A DNA stretch of 58,946 nucleotides, the filler included. It is 5 parts of 5 records of this genome, joined end to end, with 100 filler letters (N's around TTAATTAATTAA, not from the genome) between each part and the next. Parts side by side here need not be neighbours in the genome. Positions count along the whole stretch, not along the records: positions 25,118 to 39,109 come from SRR31156797_9830; positions 39,210 to 48,428 come from SRR31156797_9833; 3 more parts are not named here. One strand, written 5' to 3'. The first letter of the stretch is position 1; each line of letters begins with the position of its first letter. Made by a program: the position numbers and the translations under genes. Of this stretch, positions 36,199-47,700 are shown in pieces. The notes beneath the pieces are model-generated. The model searched no databases, had not been told where the DNA came from, and saw only the letters and a list, made by a program, of their open reading frames with translations.

Positions 36199-39109
36199 AT
36201 GAAAAATACATACAAATCTAATCCGGAAAATAAATTTGAAAGCTACAGAATAGTCATCATTGATGATGATGAGGGGCTTTGCCGGCTGATCCAAAAAAAT
36301 TTACAGCAAGCAGGGTTTCGTACTGTTACTGCCAATAATGGTGAACAAGCGCTCCGGATAATTAGAGCCGCACCTCGCGAGATCCTGTTAATCGACTACA
36401 AACTCCCGGATATCAGCGGTAAAGAACTGGTTGAAAAGCTGAAGGAGAAATACGGTACAACGCCAAACTTTATAGTAATGACCGGCTTTGGCGATGAAAA
36501 GATTGTTGTTGAGATGATGAAGCTGGGTGCACAAGATTACATCGTGAAAGAAAGCGACTTTACAGCTTTATTACACGAGAAACTAAAAAGAAATTGCGCT
36601 GAAATTGAGAAAAACAAGCAACTGCTAACGAATCAAAAAATGCTGCACGATGCTGAACAACTGGCAGGTGCAGGTGGATGGTTGTGGTTTGTTAAATCGG
36701 ATCGTTGGATAATGAGTGATAACTGGAAAGCTATACATGGCTGTACTGATAAAACATTTGCAACGGATGATTTATTAAAGATTGCGCACCCCGATGATGC
36801 AGAAAAGATTAAAGAAGCTTTTGATAAAACGGCTACAAATGGTGATCCTTACCAGATTGAACACAGAATTATCAGGCAGGACAACGGTGAAGTGCGTTTT
36901 ATAAAGGCTTTTGGCAAAGCCGAGCCGGATCATAATGGACATGTGGAAATCATTTCAGGTGTTGCCCTGGATATCACGGAACAAAAAAATGCAGAAAGAG
37001 AACTGCAGAAGAGCGAAGAAAAATTCCGCAGTATTTTTGAAAATGCTGCCTTAGGTATTTTCAGAAGCACCCCTGAGGGAAGATACGAAGAAGTAAACGA
37101 GTCATTCGCCAGGATACTTGGTTTTGACTCACCGAAAAAAATGATAGATGAAGTAACCGACATAAGTCAGCTGTATAAGTACTCTGAAGACAGGGAAAAA
37201 ATAAAAAAGGCATTTGCTGAAAAAGGATATGTTGAAGATTATGAAATAATAGCCAACCATCCTAACAAAGACACAGTATGGATTTCAGTAAATGCGAAAC
37301 AACGAAAGCATCCTAACGGAAAAGTTTATTATGAAGGAACTGTTCAGGATATTACGGAAAAGAAAGGTGCCATAAATAAACTAAAGCAAAGTGAGGAGAA
37401 ATACCGGAATATTTTTGAAAATATTCAGGACGTATTTTATGAAGTTACACTTGACGGTGTTTTACTTGATGTGAGTACCTCCGTCAAAAATTTCTCCGGA
37501 GGACTTTACAGCAGAGATGGACTGATCGGTCAGAACATGAATTTACTGTATGAAAACCCGGATGAGAGAAAGGTTTTATTACAGGAACTTGAGAAAAAGG
37601 GATATGTAACTGATTATGAGATTAAACTCAAAAATAAAGACGGAACCAGGTTAGATTGTTCCATATCATCATCGGTTAAGCATAATGAAGATGGGATACC
37701 TGAAAAGATTGTCGGCAGCCTTCGGGATATAACTGATCGCAAAAAAATGGAATTGGATCTTGTAAAAGCCAAAGAACAAGCGGAAGCAAACGAAAGAAAA
37801 TTGAATCAAAACCTGCAACATCTCGAAAATTTAAATAATTCATTGGTCGATGCAGTTTTTACCGTAGATCCGATAACCAGAAAAATCAAATATGTTAACA
37901 ATGCAGTTAAAACAGTTTTCGGTTATTCCCCGAAAGAATGTATCGGACAAAACACTTCATTTTTATATTCAGATGAAGAAAGCTATATATCATTTGGAAA
38001 AAAATTAAAAGACACGATATCAAATAATCAGGATTTCTTAAAAACAGTAGTGCGACTCAGGAGAAAAACCGGAGTGGTTTTTCAGGCTGAATTGACCACC
38101 TCATTAGTAAAAGAAAACGGAAAAATAGTTGACATCTTAAGTGTTATAAGGGATGTTTCCGAGAAAATCAGGTATCAAAATGAACTCATTGAAGCCAAAG
38201 AGAAAGCAGAGGAAAAAGAGCTTAAAATGATTGAAGCCCAGGCCATTTCACATGTTGGCAGCTGGGAATATATTGTTGATACCGATACAGTAACCTGGTC
38301 GAAGGAATTGTATAATATTTTTGAACGTTCGTATGATTTACCGGCGCCAAAATATTCGGAACAAGCGCCATTTTATACCAGTGAAAGTTTTGCAAAACTG
38401 GATGAAGCCCATCAGAATTGTATCCGGCACGAAATTCCTTATGAAATTGAACTCGACATTATTACATCAACCGGTACTGTAAAGCAAATCATTTCAAAAG
38501 GAAATGTTAAAAAAGACGCAAACAACAGCGTAATTGGCAGTTATGGAACAGCTCAGGATATTACCGCACAAAAGAGGCTTGAATCGGAATTAATTGCTGC
38601 CAAGGAAAAAGCAGAAGAAAGTAAAAAGAAACTATCTGAAAGCTTAATTGACTTACAAATGGCCCAACAAATAGCTTCTATCGGAAATTGGCAATTTGAC
38701 CCTGAGATAGGAATACCTATATGGTCAGATGAAGTATTTAACATTTATGACCGGGATAAAAAAAACGGTCCCCCTCATATTGATGAATACAAAAAAATGT
38801 ACAAACCTGACCAATACGAAACTTTTTATACTGCAATAAGTAAAGCTATTAAAAATGGTACAGATTACGATATAATATTAAATTTTGAATCCCCCAAAAC
38901 GGGCGAAACAAAATGGATCAGGGCGATTTGTCATCCCGATGTAAGAAAAAAAACCAGCAGGGGATATTTTCTGCGGGGAACTATACAGGATATTTCGAAG
39001 CAAAAAGAAACGGAATTTGATTTGGTAAAGGCCAAGGAAAAAGCAGAAGAAAGTGATCGGTTGAAATCCGCTTTCCTGACCAACATGAGCCACGAAATCC
39101 GCACCCCCA
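36199..39109 (+). CDS. REC plus 6 PAS histidine kinase, truncated by the gap
   Basis: N-terminal REC (IDYKLPD), six PAS/PAC units, ends at H-box [12 protein letters not shown]. Confidence 0.9.
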
Positions 39110-39209
39110 NNNNNNNNNNNNNNNNNNNNNNNNNNNNNNNNNNNNNNNNNNNNTTAATTAATTAANNNNNNNNNNNNNNNNNNNNNNNNNNNNNNNNNNN
39201 NNNNNNNNN
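39110..39209. other. Artificial contig-joining spacer
   Basis: 44 N, TTAATTAATTAA, 44 N. Confidence 0.98.
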
Positions 39210-39277
39210 ATGACGGGAAACTGTCACGTACGGTTCTGAGGGGGCTTGGGGCCGGCAACGCCCCCCGGCTACCCGAT
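39210..39277 (+). mobile_element. Group II intron 3' end (part of domain V and domain VI)
   Basis: ATGACGG-GAAA-CTGTCACGTACGGTTC (DV with GNRA loop and AC bulge) then GAGGGGGCTTGGGG...CCCCCCGGCTACCCGAT ending in AY. Confidence 0.85.
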
Positions 39278-39656
39278 CGTTTAAAGAATACTGGCATGTT
39301 TCAATTTCATCAATTTGAGAAAAAAGAACTTAGAACGACAATTGAAAGGATCGAACAGGACCGGGAGCCACCAGAGAAACCAATATCAAATGTTGATAAA
39401 ATTATAGAGAAAAATGAGAAGCCCAACAAACCAGAAGCCTGGAGTTGGCGATGAGATCAGGCGAATATCTTCGTAATACTCCCGTTTCATGTCCATGGAC
39501 GACCCCCTTGCTCAATTGGAACGTTAAAAACCAATGACTAAACCCATGATTCAACTTCAACTGACAGGTACGAAGATTACTTGTTTTCATGGCTGCTCCC
39601 TATCAAGAAAAAATAAGTCAGGATTTTAAAATCCATCTAGTGGATTATTTATATTT

Positions 39657-39772
39657 CATTCCCGTTCGGTGATAATTTAGACGAAAATAGCCACTACTCA
39701 TTAAATATTCCCTATCGGGAATATTTGCTTTGCTTTTTTGAAATTATTGTTTTATGTTCCTGAACGGGAATA
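39657..39772. promoter_or_regulatory. Three HipB-type operators, 49-bp periodicity
   Basis: CATTCCCGTTCGGTGATA (39657), TATTCCCTATCGGGAATA (39706) and TGTTCCTGAACGGGAATA (39755), upstream of the HTH gene. Confidence 0.8.
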
Positions 39773-39783
39773 AATTATAACAG

Positions 39784-40041
39784 ATGGAATCTATGGACAC
39801 AAAAATAATTGGTAAACTTGTTAGAAAATCACGAAAGGATCAGGGATTAACCCAGGCAGAAGCTGCCGGGTATCTTAATGTCGGCACCCGTTTCCTGTCT
39901 GATCTTGAAAACGGGAAACCCACGGTCCAATTGGAAAAAGCCCTGCATGTATTGAACGGGCTTGGATTTAAGATCCTTGCGATACCTAAAACAAACGACA
40001 GATTGATCCGCAGGATTGAGGACCATTTGGATGAAGAATAA
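39784..40041 (+). CDS. hipB: HipB/y4mF XRE antitoxin
   Basis: GLTQAEAAGYLNVGTRFLSDLENGKPTVQLEKAL; overlaps hipA. Confidence 0.9.
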   Translation: MESMDTKIIGKLVRKSRKDQGLTQAEAAGYLNVGTRFLSDLENGKPTVQLEKALHVLNGLGFKILAIPKTNDRLIRRIEDHLDEE

Positions 40042-41266
40042 GCTAAATGTTTTTGTTAATCAACTCAAGGCGGGTGAGTTGTGGCTGGATCACCAGCGCC
40101 GTTTTTGTTTTCAGTATGATAAATCCTGGATCAACTCACCGGACAGTCATCGTTTGTCTGTTTCCCTGCCTTTACGGGAAAATCCGTATTTAGCCGATGA
40201 TTCATATTCTTATTTTACCAATCTGCTGCCTGAAGGGGAAATTTTGAATGTCATCGCCAGAAAACTTCAGATCCCTGTGAGCAATCAGTTTGAATTGTTA
40301 AAGGCGGTTGGAGGGGATTGTGCCGGAGCTGTGTCTCTATTTGAAGATGGGGATTTGCCACCAAAGCCCGAAGCGTATTCATATAAAGTCCTTACTGACG
40401 ATCATTTGACAAAAATAATAAAGGAGTTGCCCGAAAACCCGTTTATGGCTGACCAAGAAGGGGTCAGGCTTTCTCTGGCCGGAGCCCAGGAAAAACTACC
40501 TGTTTCTTTAAAAAATAATATGATCCGAATCTCCATGAACGGCGCACCCTCTTCCCATATTTTAAAGACCCCCATAAAAGATCTGCATGGAACGGTTGAA
40601 AACGAGACCTTCTGCATGATGCTGGCCAGAAGAATGGGCCTGGCCGTACCCGATGTTAAAATTTTAAAAGTTAATGACATTCCTTTGTACATCATTGATC
40701 GGTATGACAGAAAAATAGAAAACGGCCAGATCATCAGACTGATCCAGGAGGATTTTTGCCAGGCCTTGAATGTTAATGCCCAGCTAAAATATACCCCGAC
40801 GCTGGACATGTGTTTTTCACTCATCAGAAATGAGAGTGCAGTTCAGATCAAAGATACCAAGCGATTTTTGCAACTTGTCATTTTCAACGGATTAATCGGC
40901 AATTGTGATGCCCACGCAAAAAATGTTTCTTTTATCCATGGAGAAAATGGAACAACCCTGGCACCCTTTTATGATTTATTGTCCACATATGTATATCCCT
41001 ATGCAAAAAAAATGGCCATGAAAATAGGCAAGGGGAGGCATTTTCAGTTTCTTGAGCCCAAACACTTTGAACGGTTTTCTGCGGATACCCAAATAAAATA
41101 CAAAATCGTAAAAGAAACCATTATGACAATGGCAGACCAAATTGTGGAAGAGGCAAAGGCCACGACCCAGGAGTTTTGTGACCTGTATGGGGAAAGTCCT
41201 GTTTTAAACGAAATTAATGATGTAATTAAGAATGCGTCAAAAGAAAAGTTGATAACCTTTAAATAA
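40031..41266 (+). CDS. hipA: HipA kinase toxin, full length
   Basis: N-terminal LSVSLP/NLLPEG/GGDCAGA, SLAGAQEK, QEDFCQA, GNCDAHAKN, LAPFYDL; ATG 40031. Confidence 0.93.
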   Translation: MKNKLNVFVNQLKAGELWLDHQRRFCFQYDKSWINSPDSHRLSVSLPLRENPYLADDSYSYFTNLLPEGEILNVIARKLQIPVSNQFELLKAVGGDCAGAVSLFEDGDLPPKPEAYSYKVLTDDHLTKIIKELPENPFMADQEGVRLSLAGAQEKLPVSLKNNMIRISMNGAPSSHILKTPIKDLHGTVENETFCMMLARRMGLAVPDVKILKVNDIPLYIIDRYDRKIENGQIIRLIQEDFCQALNVNAQLKYTPTLDMCFSLIRNESAVQIKDTKRFLQLVIFNGLIGNCDAHAKNVSFIHGENGTTLAPFYDLLSTYVYPYAKKMAMKIGKGRHFQFLEPKHFERFSADTQIKYKIVKETIMTMADQIVEEAKATTQEFCDLYGESPVLNEINDVIKNASKEKLITFK

Positions 41267-41283
41267 AAATTGAACCCGAGCTG

Positions 41284-43374
41284 ATGAATAAAGAACAAAT
41301 TAAGAAATTGGAAAAAGACTTATGGGCTGCTGCTGATAATCTTAGGGCCAATACAGACTTAAAATCCACTGAATACGCCACCCCGGTACTGGGTTTAATC
41401 TTTTTAAAGTTTGCAGATAATAATTATCGGCAGGCTGAAAAAGCGATCAACAAAGAATTTAACAGACTTTCAGGCACCCGTCGTCAAAAATCGATCTCTG
41501 ATATTGCCATTGAAATATGCGGGTTTTATCTGCCTGACCATTCCCGGTATGAGTATTTGCTTGCCCTGCCGGAAAAAGAGGATGTGGCAAAGAAAATCAA
41601 AGAAGCCATGCTGGATATTGAGAAGTACAAGCCTGAGCTGGAGGGCATATTGCCCAAAGAGGAATATGTTCCGTTGACCCGGACCGACAAAACAATACCG
41701 GCTCAATTGCTAAAAACATTTTCCGATATCCCCAGGGATGCCAGCGGTGATGTATTTGGTAAAATCTATGAGTATTTCCTGGGTAAATTTGCCCTGAGTG
41801 AAGGACAGAAAGGCGGAGAGTTTTTTACCCCGACCTCTGTGGTTCGATTGATGGTTGAGATCATCGAGCCCCATCGTGGCAGTGTGTTTGATCCGGCATG
41901 CGGTTCCGGTGGTATGTTTGTTCAGTCAGCCAAGTTTATTGCAGAACGGCAAAACGGGGGTTCCAAATCAAATAAAAAAGAGGATGATCTCTTTGTATCC
42001 GGTCAGGAAAAGACCCTGGATACGGTAAAGCTGGCCAAGATGAATCTGGCGGTCAATGGGCTGCGCGGTGAGGTCAAACAGGCCAATACATATTCGGAAG
42101 ACCCATTCAAGGCCTTTGGCAAATTTGATTATGTCATGGCCAATCCGCCATTTAATGTGAGTGATGTGCCCATTGCAACGGTGGAAAATGATAAGCGGTT
42201 TAACACCTATGGCCTTCCCCGAAAAAAGACCAAGGTCAAAAAAAGTGAACAGGGTAAAGAAACCGTACCCAATGCCAATTATCTCTGGATTAATCTGTTT
42301 GCCACCTCATTGAAAAAGAAGGGGCGTGCCGCTCTGGTCATGGCGAACTCGGCTTCTGATGCCCGCCACTCAGAAGCGGATATCCGTAAAACCCTGATTG
42401 AAAAAAATCTGATTTACGGGATGCTGACCCTGCCGTCCAATATGTTTTATACGGTGACCCTGCCGGCAACGCTTTGGTTTTTTGATAGAGATAAAAAAGA
42501 TGATAGAATTCTGTTCATCGATGCCCGCAATATATTCACCCAGATTGACCGGGCCCACCGTGAATTCAACGAAGAGCAGGTCCAGAATATTGCCATTATC
42601 AGCAAACTGCACAAAGGCAACCGGATTGCCTTTATTCGTTTGATTGATGGCTATTTTGAACGGGGCATGGCCGGGTTGATTGAAAATAAAAAGCAGGTGG
42701 AACCGGTTTGTGAACAGCTTTTGGAGGTGTTGGATGATGTCCAGGGTAAAACCGCTGTTGCGGATCTGGTTTTGCAGTGGAAAGGGCTAACCAGCCTTAA
42801 AACCCGGTATAAAAAATATCTCAAAACGGAAAATCCCGATCTTAAAGCCGATTCAGACGTTGATTCTCAAAACACGACCCAGCACAAGCTGCGCAAAGCA
42901 TTTGATCCATTCTTTGAAAATTTGCATACCGGTTTAAAACAATTGGATAAAATTGTGCGAAAGCATGAAAAAGAAAAAGCCGAAATTGCAAAGAAAGCCG
43001 GGAAACGAAACACCATAGACAGGGAAACTAAAAAACTCAAAACAGCATTGGAATCCCTGCATAAAGAGGTTAAAAGCGCCGAAAGCTATTATAAACATAT
43101 TCACTGGCTCCAGGAGCGTTTCCCAAAAGCCAAGTATGAAGATGTCACAGGGCTTTGTAAACTCGCTTCGCAAAAAGCCGTTAAAGAGCAGGACTATTCC
43201 CTCAATCCTGGGCGCTATGTCGGCGTGGTCATTGAGGAGGATGGGAAGACTGAGGAAGAGTTTATTGATGAGGTTGCAAAATTAAATACAGAATTTGAAG
43301 AACTCAATATACAAGCAGATAAGCTCTCGAATACAATCAAAAAGAATATCCAGTTGATGGTGAATGGTCTATGA
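41284..43374 (+). CDS. hsdM: Type I R-M methyltransferase
   Basis: LWAAADNLR, GEFFTP, DPACGSGGMF, NPPFN, YSLNPGRYVG. Confidence 0.96.
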   Translation: MNKEQIKKLEKDLWAAADNLRANTDLKSTEYATPVLGLIFLKFADNNYRQAEKAINKEFNRLSGTRRQKSISDIAIEICGFYLPDHSRYEYLLALPEKEDVAKKIKEAMLDIEKYKPELEGILPKEEYVPLTRTDKTIPAQLLKTFSDIPRDASGDVFGKIYEYFLGKFALSEGQKGGEFFTPTSVVRLMVEIIEPHRGSVFDPACGSGGMFVQSAKFIAERQNGGSKSNKKEDDLFVSGQEKTLDTVKLAKMNLAVNGLRGEVKQANTYSEDPFKAFGKFDYVMANPPFNVSDVPIATVENDKRFNTYGLPRKKTKVKKSEQGKETVPNANYLWINLFATSLKKKGRAALVMANSASDARHSEADIRKTLIEKNLIYGMLTLPSNMFYTVTLPATLWFFDRDKKDDRILFIDARNIFTQIDRAHREFNEEQVQNIAIISKLHKGNRIAFIRLIDGYFERGMAGLIENKKQVEPVCEQLLEVLDDVQGKTAVADLVLQWKGLTSLKTRYKKYLKTENPDLKADSDVDSQNTTQHKLRKAFDPFFENLHTGLKQLDKIVRKHEKEKAEIAKKAGKRNTIDRETKKLKTALESLHKEVKSAESYYKHIHWLQERFPKAKYEDVTGLCKLASQKAVKEQDYSLNPGRYVGVVIEEDGKTEEEFIDEVAKLNTEFEELNIQADKLSNTIKKNIQLMVNGL

Positions 43375-44666
43375 CCCAAATACAAACAATTAAAATTGCT
43401 GAGTTAGTGAAAAGTGGTGAAGCAACTCTGCAAACTGGTCCATTTGGGACACAACTGAAAGCAAGTGATTACGTATCAGATGGAACCCCGGTAATCAATG
43501 TTCGAAATGTTGGGTTTGGTGACATTAGAGATACAAATTTAGAATACCTTGACGAACAAATGGTTGATAAATTGTCAGCTCATATTTTGAATAAAAATGA
43601 TATCGTTTTTGGACGAAAAGGAGCGGTTGAAAGGCATGCCTTTATTGGGGAAACAAGTGAAGGCTGGATTCAGGGCTCAGATTGTTTGCGCTTGAGAATA
43701 AATAGTGAACGGTTCAATAATAGATTCGTTTCGTATTATTTTCAAACGTCAGCACACCAAAACTGGATGCAGGCGGTTTGTTCTTTTGGTGCTACAATGC
43801 CGTCATTAAATCAAGACATTGTAAAATTAATTACTTTGCCCATCCCTTCTACGATAATACAAGATAAAGTAGCCGCGATTCTCTTGTCGTATGATGACCT
43901 TATTGAAAACAACAAACGCCGCATTGCCTTATTGGAAAAAATGGCTGAAGAAATTTATCGGGAATGGTTTGTGCGTTTTCGTTTTCCTGGATACAAAAGC
44001 ACAAAATTTGAAAAAGGGATTCCAAAGGATTGGCAATTGCCTAAAGTTATAGATGCTTTTGAAATTCTTGGAGGTGGTACTCCCTCAAAAAAAGAAGCGA
44101 TTTACTGGGAAAATGGTCACGTTAACTGGTATACACCAACCGATATAACAGGGGCGAAGGGTTTATTTCTAACATCATCAATAAATAAATGCACAGAAGA
44201 GGGATTTTCTCGTAGCTCTGCAAAAAAGTTTCCTGAATATTCTATTATGCTGACCAGTAGAGCAACTATTGGAGCAATCGGGGTTAATAGAACACCTGCT
44301 TGTACGAACCAAGGATTTATTACCTGTATTCCAAACGAAGCATACCCTCTTTCTTTTTTATATCATTGGCTTAAGCTAAGTAAATCACATTTTGTCATGT
44401 TGTCCAGTGGAGCAACATTTTTAGAATTGACTAAAACGACTTTTAAACGAATCGAAATTCTCACACCAAAAAGAAAACTCATTGACCAGTTTGATCAAAT
44501 TGTGAAGCCAATGTTTGATCAAATCGAACAACTATTGGTTACAAATGAAAATGTACAACAAACGAAAAACAATCTTCTACCCAGACTAATCTCCGGGAAA
44601 TTGTCCGTAGAAGATCTTGATATCCAATTCCCTCCCAGTATGATGGAGGAAGAACCGGCAGCATAA
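43371..44666 (+). CDS. hsdS: Type I R-M specificity subunit
   Basis: Two TRDs, central DDLIENNKRRIALLE...YREWFVRFRFPG...IPKDW, C-terminal LLPRLISGKL. Confidence 0.95.
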   Translation: MTQIQTIKIAELVKSGEATLQTGPFGTQLKASDYVSDGTPVINVRNVGFGDIRDTNLEYLDEQMVDKLSAHILNKNDIVFGRKGAVERHAFIGETSEGWIQGSDCLRLRINSERFNNRFVSYYFQTSAHQNWMQAVCSFGATMPSLNQDIVKLITLPIPSTIIQDKVAAILLSYDDLIENNKRRIALLEKMAEEIYREWFVRFRFPGYKSTKFEKGIPKDWQLPKVIDAFEILGGGTPSKKEAIYWENGHVNWYTPTDITGAKGLFLTSSINKCTEEGFSRSSAKKFPEYSIMLTSRATIGAIGVNRTPACTNQGFITCIPNEAYPLSFLYHWLKLSKSHFVMLSSGATFLELTKTTFKRIEILTPKRKLIDQFDQIVKPMFDQIEQLLVTNENVQQTKNNLLPRLISGKLSVEDLDIQFPPSMMEEEPAA

Positions 44667-44701
44667 ATCACTAAAGAAGCCAATCATAAGGGCAAAGGCT
44701 T

Positions 44702-47700
44702 ATGGCAAAAAACTTTATCTTAGAAGATGACATTGAACAGGCAATTCTGCAAAAGCTGAACCAGAACTACGGGTTTGAACTGCTCAACTGCCATACATCA
44801 AATCCTGAGTCGTTAAATGATGGGTCCAACCGTAAAGACAAGCGGGATGTTATTTTTGCAGACCGTTTAAAATCTGCCGGCATCCGGCTGAATCCAGAGA
44901 TTCCTGAACCTGTAATCGATGATGTGGTGGATCGGGTCATGGATCGCAGGGGGGCCATGTCGGCCATTGCTGCCAACCGTGAATTGTATGGACTGATTCG
45001 CGATGGTGTGCCGGTTGAGTTTGATGACAATGATGGGGTAAAGCAGAATGAAACGGTCCGGCTCATTGATTTTGACGAGGCACAAACAGGTGCAGGTGCT
45101 GTTAATGAGTACCTGGCCGTGTCCCAGCTCTGGATAAGATCCATGGGGCAGACGCCCAAGGCCTCTTTTCGCAGGCCCGATGTGATTTTATATATCAATG
45201 GCCTGCCTATGGTCTTTATGGAGTTAAAAAATTCCACTGTTAAACTGCGCTCTGCCCTTGATGACAACCTTAAAAATTATAAAAATGATATTCCCCAATT
45301 GTTTCATTGCAATGCCTTTTGTATCCTGTCCAATGCCATAGAAACCCGTGTGGGCAGTTTTACAGCCGGGTGGGAGCATTTTTTTAGCTGGCTGCGGGCG
45401 GACAATGAAAAAGAGAAGGTGGACCGTGCCAAAATTGTTAAAGACGGGACCAGTCTGGAATATGCGGTTGCAGGGTTATGCCGGCCAAGCAAATTGCTGG
45501 ACTATATGGAAAATTTCATAATATTTCACAAGGAAACCAGTAAAATCATTGCACAGAATCATCAGTTTTTAGGGGTTAACAATGCCTATGAACGATTTCT
45601 CAACAGAAAGGACCATGACGGTAAACTGGGTGTTTTCTGGCATACACAAGGCTCGGGTAAAAGTTTTTCAATGATTTTTTATGCACGGAAGATCTTTCGC
45701 AAGGTGCTGGGGAACTTTAGTTTTCTGGTTGTGACAGACAGGCAGTCCCTTGACGGACAGATTTACCGCAATTTTTTAAATACCGACACCATAAAGAAAA
45801 ATGATGCAGCACAGCCTGCCAATGCATCTGAAATGAGGGAATTTCTTGGGCAGAATAAGAAAGTTGTGTTCACCCTGATTCAAAAATTTCGATATGACAA
45901 AGGGAAAAAGTATCCCCTTTTATTTAATCCGGGAGAGCGGGAACTCATTGTCATGGTGGATGAAGCCCATCGAACCCAGTACAAATCCCTTGCCGAAAAT
46001 ATGCGTGCCGGTTTAAAAGGGGCCCATTTCCTTGCATTCACCGGCACCCCTTTGTTGGGGAAATCACGTAAAACAAATCGTTGGTTCGGGGACTATGTGT
46101 CTGAATATAATTTCCAGCAGGCCATGGAAGATCGTGCCACAGTTCCTTTGTTCTATGAAAAAAGGGTGCCGGAGGTGCTGATACAAAATGATGATTTAAG
46201 CGAAGAATTCTACGAACTTTTGGAAGAAGAAAACCTGGATGAGACCCAGCAGGAAAAGCTGGAAAGAAAATTTGCCAAAGAGATGGAAGTGATCAAAAGA
46301 GATGACCGTCTGGACAAAATTGCCAAAGATATTGCCTACCATTTCCCCCGCCGTGGATATCTGGGCAAAGGCATGGTCATTACCCTTGATAAATTTACTG
46401 CCGTTAAAATGTTCGACAAAGTGCAGTTGCAGTGGAAAAAGGAGATCAAACACCTGCGGGGACGGATCAAAAAATCCACCAATGATATTGAAAAGGCAGG
46501 GTTTAAAAAAATCATCGCTTATATGAAATCGGTTAAGATGGCCGTGGTGATCAGTGATCCCAAAGCAGACACAGAAAAGTTTGAAAAAGCCAACTTAGAT
46601 ATCCAGCCCCACATAAAGCGGCTGGATCAATTGGATGAGCACGGGCATGATATAGAATCCAACTTTAAAGATCCCGGGCATCCCCTGCAACTGGTATTTG
46701 TCTGTGCCATGTGGCTTACCGGTTTTGATGCGCAAACCGTCTCCACGCTTTATCTGGACAAACCCATGAAAGACCATACCCTGATGCAGACCATTGCCCG
46801 GGCCAACCGAGTGGCATCACATCAAATCAAGGGATACAATGGTAAATTCATTGAAAAAAAGAGCGGGGACATTGTTGATTATTACAATGTTTTCCGGAAT
46901 ATGAAAAAGGCCTTGAAAAATTATGGGCAGGGAGAAGATATAGATGATGAGCCGCCGGTTCGGGAAAAATCCGAACTCTTTAAATTATTAGACGATGCCG
47001 TGGCACAGACCGTTGGGTTTTGTTCGGAACATAAGATTGATCTTGGCGCTGTGGTGTCTCAAACCGATACATTCAAGAATATCGGTAGATTTACGGAGTT
47101 TGCAGATATCCTGCTTAGTCTTGATGTGTGGAGAAAATCATTTTATGTGTACGAAAATACCGTATCTGCACTGTATGAAGCGTGCAAACCTGAAATATTT
47201 AAAGAGAGATCCCGGCCTTTGGTGGCTGTGATTCAATACCTTCGTGGTGTGGTAGATATGCATGTTGGCCAGGCTGACATTGATTCGGTCAGTCAAAAAA
47301 TTGCAGACCTGTTAGACGAAAGTGTTGTCGTTGATAATGCTGAACAATTTGAAGTCAGGGAGCATCAGGCCGAATACCGGATTGTGCAAAAGGGAAAAGT
47401 CTGGGATTTGAGTAAAATCAACTTTAAGACACTGGAAGATGAATTCGGGAAAGCACAATATAAAAATATTAAAATCGCCCAAATGCGTGGCTTTATAGAA
47501 GACAAATTGCGCAAGATGTTGGAGCAAAATCATACACGGACAGATTTTGCACAAAAATTCCAGGAAATTATAGATAAGTACAATGCCGGTGGCAGTTCCA
47601 CAGAAAACTATTATGATGACCTGATGAAATTTGCCAAGGGTATGAAAGAGGAAGATGAACGACACGTCCGTGAAGGCTTGACCCAAGAAGAGCTTGAACT

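Noticed and set aside
26256-38744. Many 60-176-aa antisense or off-frame ORFs inside the kinase genes
   Set aside because: Shadow ORFs of long, motif-supported genes.
39402-39590. 62-aa minus-strand ORF upstream of hipB
   Set aside because: No recognisable motif and it overlaps the presumed 3' exon; cannot be supported.
275-41266. Two hip loci, and RloC plus hsdMSR, read as one island or system
   Set aside because: They lie on different contigs from apparently different organisms.
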